NCBI GenBank assembly: GCA_016931225.1
Contig: JAFGFE010000035.1
Coordinates: forward strand, 119,638 to 183,637
Direction: 5' to 3'
Source of the DNA: Candidatus Zymogenaceae bacterium
Lineage (GTDB): Bacteria; Desulfobacterota; Zymogenia; Zymogenales; Zymogenaceae
Length of the DNA stretch: 64,000 nt
The notes below the pieces were generated by a model. That model searched no databases. It was not told where the DNA came from and saw only the letters and a list, made by a program, of their open reading frames with translations. Made by a program: the position numbers and the translations under genes. Shown piece after piece: positions 59,610-64,000 of this stretch. The stretch's first letter is position 1. Every line of letters starts with the position of its first letter.

Positions 59610-61544
59610 TTATTTATCTCCGTCCACTTCCTCAAAATCCGCATCCACCACGTCATCCTGATCGCTCGCGGCGGAATCTGCCTGAGCGCCGCCTCCGCCC
59701 CCCATACCCGGGTCCGCATGCGGTCCCTCTCCCGCCTGGGACGCCTGGGCGTACATAACTTCGGCCAGCTTGTGCGACGCCTCCGTCAGTCGCTGCGTGT
59801 TCGACCTGATCTGTTCCACGTCATCCGTCTCGATGGCCTTTTTCGCGTCGGCCAGCGCCGCCTCCAAATTCGATTTACTTTGGGGATCGAGCTTGTCGCC
59901 GTGTTCGGCCAGGGTCTTTTCGGTGGTATATATTAAACCGTCCGCTTCGTTTCGCGCCTCGGCGAGATCGCGCTTCTTCTTATCGTCATCCGCATGGGAC
60001 TCCGCCTCCTTCACAAGGCGATCGATCTCATCATCGGACAGACCGCTGGATGCGGTAATGCGAATGGATTGCTCCTTGCCGGTTCCCAGGTCTTTCGCGG
60101 ATACATGCATGATGCCGTTCGCGTCGATATCAAAGGTTACCTCGATCTGGGGAATGCCCCGGGGAGCCGGAGGTATTCCCACCAAATCAAACCTTCCGAT
60201 GGTCTTATTATATTCGGCCATTTCGCGCTCACCCTGCATCACGTGTATGGAGACCGCCGTCTGATTGTCCGCGGCCGTGGAAAATATCTGGCTCTTCTTT
60301 GTCGGGATGGTGGTATTCTTTTCGATGAGCTTGGTAAACACGCCGCCCAAAGTCTCGATCCCAAGGGAGAGCGGCGTCACGTCCAAGAGCAGCACATCCT
60401 TGACGTCTCCCTTCAGAACGCCGCCCTGGATCGCCGCACCCATCGCCACCACCTCGTCGGGATTGACGCCCTTGTGAGGATCTTTGCCGAATATCTGCTT
60501 GACCTTTTCCTGGACCTTGGGCATACGGGTCATGCCGCCCACGAGAATCACCTCGTCTATATCGGAGGCGTTCAATCCCGCGTCCTTCAGCGCCGTGCGG
60601 CAGGGTTTTTCGAGCTTCTCTATGAGCTCATCAACCAGGGCTTCCAGCTTGGCCCGGGAGAGCTTGATGTTCAGATGTCGCGGTCCCGAAGCGTCCGCGG
60701 TGATAAAGGGGAGGTTAATGTCGGTCTCCATGGAGGTGGAAAGCTCCATCTTGGCCTTTTCCGCCGCCTCCTTGAGGCGCTGGAGCGCCATTTTGTCGCC
60801 GCGCAGGTCAATGCCCTGATCCTTCTTGAACTCGTCGGCCAGGTATTCTATCACCACCTGATCGAAATCCTCACCGCCCAAATGAGTATCGCCGTTGGTG
60901 GACTTCACTTCGAAAACGCCGTCTCCGATTTCCAGTATCGAAATGTCAAAGGTTCCGCCGCCCAGGTCGAACACGGCGATCTTCTCCTCGGTCTTTCTAT
61001 CCAGTCCGTATGCCAGAGAAGCGGCAGTTGGTTCGTTGATGATGCGAAGGACATTCAGGCCGGCTATTTTCCCGGCGTCCTTCGTGGACTGGCGCTGGCT
61101 GTCGTTGAAATAGGCGGGCACGGTAATAACCGCATCCGTCACCGGCTCCCCCAGATAGTCTTCGGCCGTCTGCTTCATTTTCGTCAGCACTATTGCGGAA
61201 ATCTCCGCGGGGCTGTAGTTTTTCCCGTCGACGGTTACCTGTGCGTCTCCATTGGTCGCCTTGGTTATCCCGAAGGGACATACCTTCACGTCACGCTGTA
61301 CTTCGGCGTCCTCGAACTTGCGCCCGATCAATCGCTTGACGGCGAATATGGTCCGCTCCGGGTTGGTAATCGCCTGGCGCTTCGCAACCTGGCCCACAAG
61401 TCGATCTCCGCTATCAGTAAACGCCACCATTGACGGCGTGGTCCTGGTTCCCTCCGCATTGGTAATTACCTTGGGATCTCCCGCCTCCATCACCGCAACA
61501 CATGAATTTGTTGTCCCCAAATCTATCCCGATAACCTTTGACAT
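59610..61544 (-). CDS. dnaK: molecular chaperone DnaK (Hsp70)
   Basis: ORF to 61583; start [18 protein letters not shown] at 61544; full Hsp70 signatures. Confidence 0.95.
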   Translation of the reverse strand: MSKVIGIDLGTTNSCVAVMEAGDPKVITNAEGTRTTPSMVAFTDSGDRLVGQVAKRQAITNPERTIFAVKRLIGRKFEDAEVQRDVKVCPFGITKATNGDAQVTVDGKNYSPAEISAIVLTKMKQTAEDYLGEPVTDAVITVPAYFNDSQRQSTKDAGKIAGLNVLRIINEPTAASLAYGLDRKTEEKIAVFDLGGGTFDISILEIGDGVFEVKSTNGDTHLGGEDFDQVVIEYLADEFKKDQGIDLRGDKMALQRLKEAAEKAKMELSTSMETDINLPFITADASGPRHLNIKLSRAKLEALVDELIEKLEKPCRTALKDAGLNASDIDEVILVGGMTRMPKVQEKVKQIFGKDPHKGVNPDEVVAMGAAIQGGVLKGDVKDVLLLDVTPLSLGIETLGGVFTKLIEKNTTIPTKKSQIFSTAADNQTAVSIHVMQGEREMAEYNKTIGRFDLVGIPPAPRGIPQIEVTFDIDANGIMHVSAKDLGTGKEQSIRITASSGLSDDEIDRLVKEAESHADDDKKKRDLAEARNEADGLIYTTEKTLAEHGDKLDPQSKSNLEAALADAKKAIETDDVEQIRSNTQRLTEASHKLAEVMYAQASQAGEGPHADPGMGGGGGAQADSAASDQDDVVDADFEEVDGDK

Positions 61545-61755
61545 CTCAATCCTCCTTCTGAAGCCTCCGGCTGTTCCGATCAAATGATATATAATTGCTC
61601 AATAGAATGCGTGACGCCGTCCGGTTCATTCCTCCTGTAGACAGGCGAATGAAGGCGCCCGTATCACCCGTTTTGTCTCTTTGTCCCCTCATTCCATCCA
61701 TCCCTCCCCTTTCTCCCCTCACTCATTCCCGATCCTCTTCTCCGCCCCCCCGACC

Positions 61756-62424
61756 CTATGTCGATTCCGCCGCCGCCTTGGAGACACCCACAATCGCCGG
61801 CCTGATCAAGCGGTCATGCAATAAATACCCCTTGGCCATCTCCATCACCACGGTGTTGGGCGGATGTTCGTCGGTCTCCACCTGCATCATCGCTTCGTGG
61901 TAGTTGGGGTCAAAGGGTTTCTCCATCGCCTCGACCCGGGTGACCCCGAATTTTTCCAGTGCATCGATGAACTGCTTGTGAACCATGCCCACACCCTCTA
62001 TCATGGCCTCATCGGCCCCAACCTCCTCGGCATGAGCCAGCGCCCGCTCCAGGTTGTCCACCACCGGCAGGAGCTGTTTGATTAAATCCTCGTTCGCGTA
62101 GCGAATGGAATCGGATCGCTCCCGTTCCATGCGTTTCTTGAAGTTCTCAAACTCGGCTGCAGACCTGAGATACAGATCGTGGTTTTCCTTGGCCTCGGCC
62201 TTCAGTTTCTCTATCTCCTCGGGAGCAGGCAAGGGAGGTGAATCGGTTTCGTCGTCCTGTAATGGTTCTGCGGCATCGGAATCATCAACCGCCGCCTTTT
62301 CGTTCTCCGCCATCTCCGCTTCGTTGATGGCCTTGTCTATCTCTTCAGAGGCCACCTCATCTCCGTGGTCCTCTCCATTTCCTTTTTTGAGAATATCCTT
62401 GTCTTGCTTCGTCATTCCGTGCAC
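61756..62424 (-). CDS. grpE: nucleotide exchange factor GrpE
   Basis: 222 aa; acidic N-terminus, coiled-coil, C-terminal GrpE domain; between hrcA and dnaK. Confidence 0.85.
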   Translation of the reverse strand: MHGMTKQDKDILKKGNGEDHGDEVASEEIDKAINEAEMAENEKAAVDDSDAAEPLQDDETDSPPLPAPEEIEKLKAEAKENHDLYLRSAAEFENFKKRMERERSDSIRYANEDLIKQLLPVVDNLERALAHAEEVGADEAMIEGVGMVHKQFIDALEKFGVTRVEAMEKPFDPNYHEAMMQVETDEHPPNTVVMEMAKGYLLHDRLIRPAIVGVSKAAAEST

Positions 62425-62430
62425 GTCCTC

Positions 62431-63468
62431 CTACATCTCATCCAATATCGATCCAATGAGCTGCGCGGTAAAGTCCACAACAGGTATGACCCTGGCATAA
62501 TCCATACGGGTGGGCCCGATGACGCCGACGCTTCCCACAATCCTCCCCTCCCGCTTGTACGGGGAGGCGATGAGCGTACAGTCGATCATATCCTGAATAT
62601 TGCTTTCCGATCCGATAAAAACCTTGATACCCTCAGCCCGTGAGACCTTGTCTAGAAGTTTCAACAACAGGCCCTTGTTCTCAAAGGCCTGAAAGATCTT
62701 CTTCATCTTCTCCACATCGGTGAACTCCGGATAATCGAGGATGTAAGAACTTCCTCCGATAATCAGATCCTCCTCCACCTCATCCTCGATCAAAGCCCGG
62801 GACATGCTGAGCGCCTTGAATAGAAGCTCATTATATCGGGTGCGCTCATCCTCCATTTCCTTGATGATCTTCCTGCGCACCTCCATGAGTGTCAGGTTGC
62901 TCAACAGGTCGTTGAGGTAGTTGGACATCCAGTTGAGCTTATCCGTATTCAGCTCCTCATCACCGATGATAAGCTTGTTATGAACCATTCCGGACCTGGA
63001 CACGAGGATGGCGAGTATCCGGTTTTCCGAAAGTTTGACAAAATTGATATATTTAAAAACCGTCTCCGCAAAACGGGGAGATCTGACAAGAGATGTGCAG
63101 TGGGATATCTTCGACAGGATACGGGAAACCTCCCGAACGATGTCCTTTATCTCCATACCAGCGGGATTAATATTCGCCTCGAAATTTTGGGGGTCCTTTA
63201 TCGCGTCTCTCACCTGGACCAGGTGATCGACGTAGAAACGAAACGCATTTTCCGTGGGGATTCTGCCCGCCGATGTGTGCGGCTGCACCAAAAGCCCCAC
63301 GTCCTCCAGGTCCGACATGATATTCCTAATCGTGGCGGGGCTGACATCAATACCGCGTTTCTTCGATATGGTTCGGGAACCGACCGGGTCACCCATCTGA
63401 ATATAATCTTCGATAATGGCCATAAGCACCCGGCGTGCCCTGTTGTCCAGATTAATCGCCATTATCAA
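62431..63468 (-). CDS. hrcA: heat-inducible transcription repressor HrcA
   Basis: 345 aa; N-terminal wHTH (RRVLMAIIEDYIQMGDPVGSRTISKK) and full-length HrcA colinearity; CIRCE upstream. Confidence 0.85.
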   Translation of the reverse strand: MIMAINLDNRARRVLMAIIEDYIQMGDPVGSRTISKKRGIDVSPATIRNIMSDLEDVGLLVQPHTSAGRIPTENAFRFYVDHLVQVRDAIKDPQNFEANINPAGMEIKDIVREVSRILSKISHCTSLVRSPRFAETVFKYINFVKLSENRILAILVSRSGMVHNKLIIGDEELNTDKLNWMSNYLNDLLSNLTLMEVRRKIIKEMEDERTRYNELLFKALSMSRALIEDEVEEDLIIGGSSYILDYPEFTDVEKMKKIFQAFENKGLLLKLLDKVSRAEGIKVFIGSESNIQDMIDCTLIASPYKREGRIVGSVGVIGPTRMDYARVIPVVDFTAQLIGSILDEM

Positions 63469-63583
63469 AACTCCTCAAATCACACCGCTTCCGCCATCGT
63501 ATTATCGGTATCGAGCGGGAAGCCGCCCGTCCATCCCGTACCGGTACTGCCGACAGGTACGTACGACGCATATTCGAGTAAAA

Positions 63584-63610
63584 ATAGCACTCCAAGCGCT
63601 CGAGTGCTAA
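63584..63610 (-). promoter_or_regulatory. CIRCE operator upstream of hrcA-grpE-dnaK-dnaJ
   Basis: aTAGCACTC-N9-GAGTGCTAA (one mismatch to consensus), immediately downstream of a minus-strand TTGACA-N17-TATTTT promoter. Confidence 0.75.
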
Positions 63611-63620
63611 CGTATTAAAA

Positions 63621-63655
63621 ATAACAACGAATCGGCCTTTTGTCAAGGGCAAAAC
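63621..63655 (-). promoter_or_regulatory. sigma70-type promoter of hrcA operon
   Basis: minus-strand TTGACA (plus 63650-63655) N17 TATTTT, directly followed by CIRCE. Confidence 0.45.
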
Positions 63656-63886
63656 CGACGATTTGTTCTCTTCTCAAGTCACAACAAATCCCGCCCCACC
63701 CGACACTTCTCCTTGACAACGTCGGAAAAACACCGTACAATTTGTAGTTGAAAAGAACGCCCCGTAACGGGGAATACACAGTGATGCATACGCATTCACC
63801 ACGTCAGATGACGTTCTCCCGAACGGATTTCGATCTCGGAAGGACAGAGAGACCATAATTCTTAGAACCAACAACAGGAGTAAACC

Positions 63887-64000
63887 ATGTCTCTACTCGC
63901 ACAAAACATTGATCCCGACAAAGTGAAGACCTCGAAAGAGGGGAAGAACTTCATCATCACTCTGAATCGTCCGGAAAAGAGAAACGCCCTCAACTTCGAC
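63887..64000 (+). CDS. enoyl-CoA hydratase/isomerase (crotonase) family protein, 5' partial
   Basis: Begins MSLLAQNIDPDKVKTSKEGKNFIITLNRPEKRNALNFD (crotonase N-terminal pattern); runs off window end. Confidence 0.5.
   Translation, partial: MSLLAQNIDPDKVKTSKEGKNFIITLNRPEKRNALNFD

Noticed and set aside
1-64000. CRISPR arrays, tRNA/rRNA genes, IS elements or prophage integrases
   Set aside because: No regularly spaced direct repeats, no tRNA-like conserved stems spotted by eye, and no transposase or integrase signatures in any frame. tRNAs cannot be fully excluded without a covariance-model scan (tRNAscan-SE).

Overview
This ~64 kb window looks like chromosomal DNA from a high-GC (~58-60%) anaerobe with a Desulfobacterota/deltaproteobacterial gene set. 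The supporting genes are hybrid-cluster protein Hcp with an Rrf2 regulator, siroheme-route (alternative) heme biosynthesis genes, amtB-glnK-glnA with a GAF sigma54 activator, and CIRCE/HrcA control of both dnaK and rpoH. No CRISPR array, rRNA, recognisable tRNA, transposase or integrase was seen. The gene order along the window is as follows.

- **49-6495:** a redox gene cluster. It has a FadH-like Old-Yellow-Enzyme flavoprotein, two tandem paralogous CrtI-family FAD oxidoreductases, and an FNR-like reductase with a 2Fe-2S domain.
- **6.6-16 kb:** an amino-sugar/glycoside salvage cluster, mostly on the minus strand. It carries nagA, a neutral-ceramidase-like hydrolase, a metallophosphoesterase, a BadF-type sugar kinase, a GPH symporter, a mutarotase-like protein, a SIS protein and an AAC(3)-like acetyltransferase.
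- **16.9-19 kb:** a MoxR AAA+ ATPase paired with a VWA (CoxE-like) protein.
- **19.2-27.4 kb:** two ~85%-identical paralogous stand-alone XylR_N+V4R sensory-domain proteins. Each sits behind a near-consensus sigma70 promoter and a conserved ~265-nt leader. They flank an Rrf2-ferredoxin-hcp-cupin nitrosative-stress operon, a queG-like gene and a frameshifted DUF1330 gene.
- **27.5-36 kb:** the nitrogen locus. It has a GAF-sigma54 (NifA-like) activator, a sigma54 promoter, amtB, glnK, a flotillin-like gene, glnA and nadE.
- **36.4-40 kb:** a DUF2461 gene and an outer-membrane beta-barrel gene preceded by a 5'-truncated copy of itself.
- **40-47.6 kb:** mnmG followed by a tetrapyrrole operon. It has a radical SAM AhbC/D-like gene, cobA-hemD, hemC and a SirC-HemA fusion.
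- **47.6-54.4 kb:** a receiver protein, a DHS-like protein, gmhA, an NtrC-like/Fis-type regulator, dusB, a DacZ-type diadenylate cyclase and a patatin-like phospholipase.
- **54.6-57.6 kb:** rpoH preceded by a perfect CIRCE operator, a ~600-bp AT-rich island carrying an XRE regulator, and a BamD-like lipoprotein.
- **57.6-64 kb:** a TPR protein, the hrcA-grpE-dnaK-dnaJ operon behind a second CIRCE, and the start of a crotonase gene.

Many long ORFs in the six-frame track that are antisense to these genes are GC-driven artefacts and are not reported as features.
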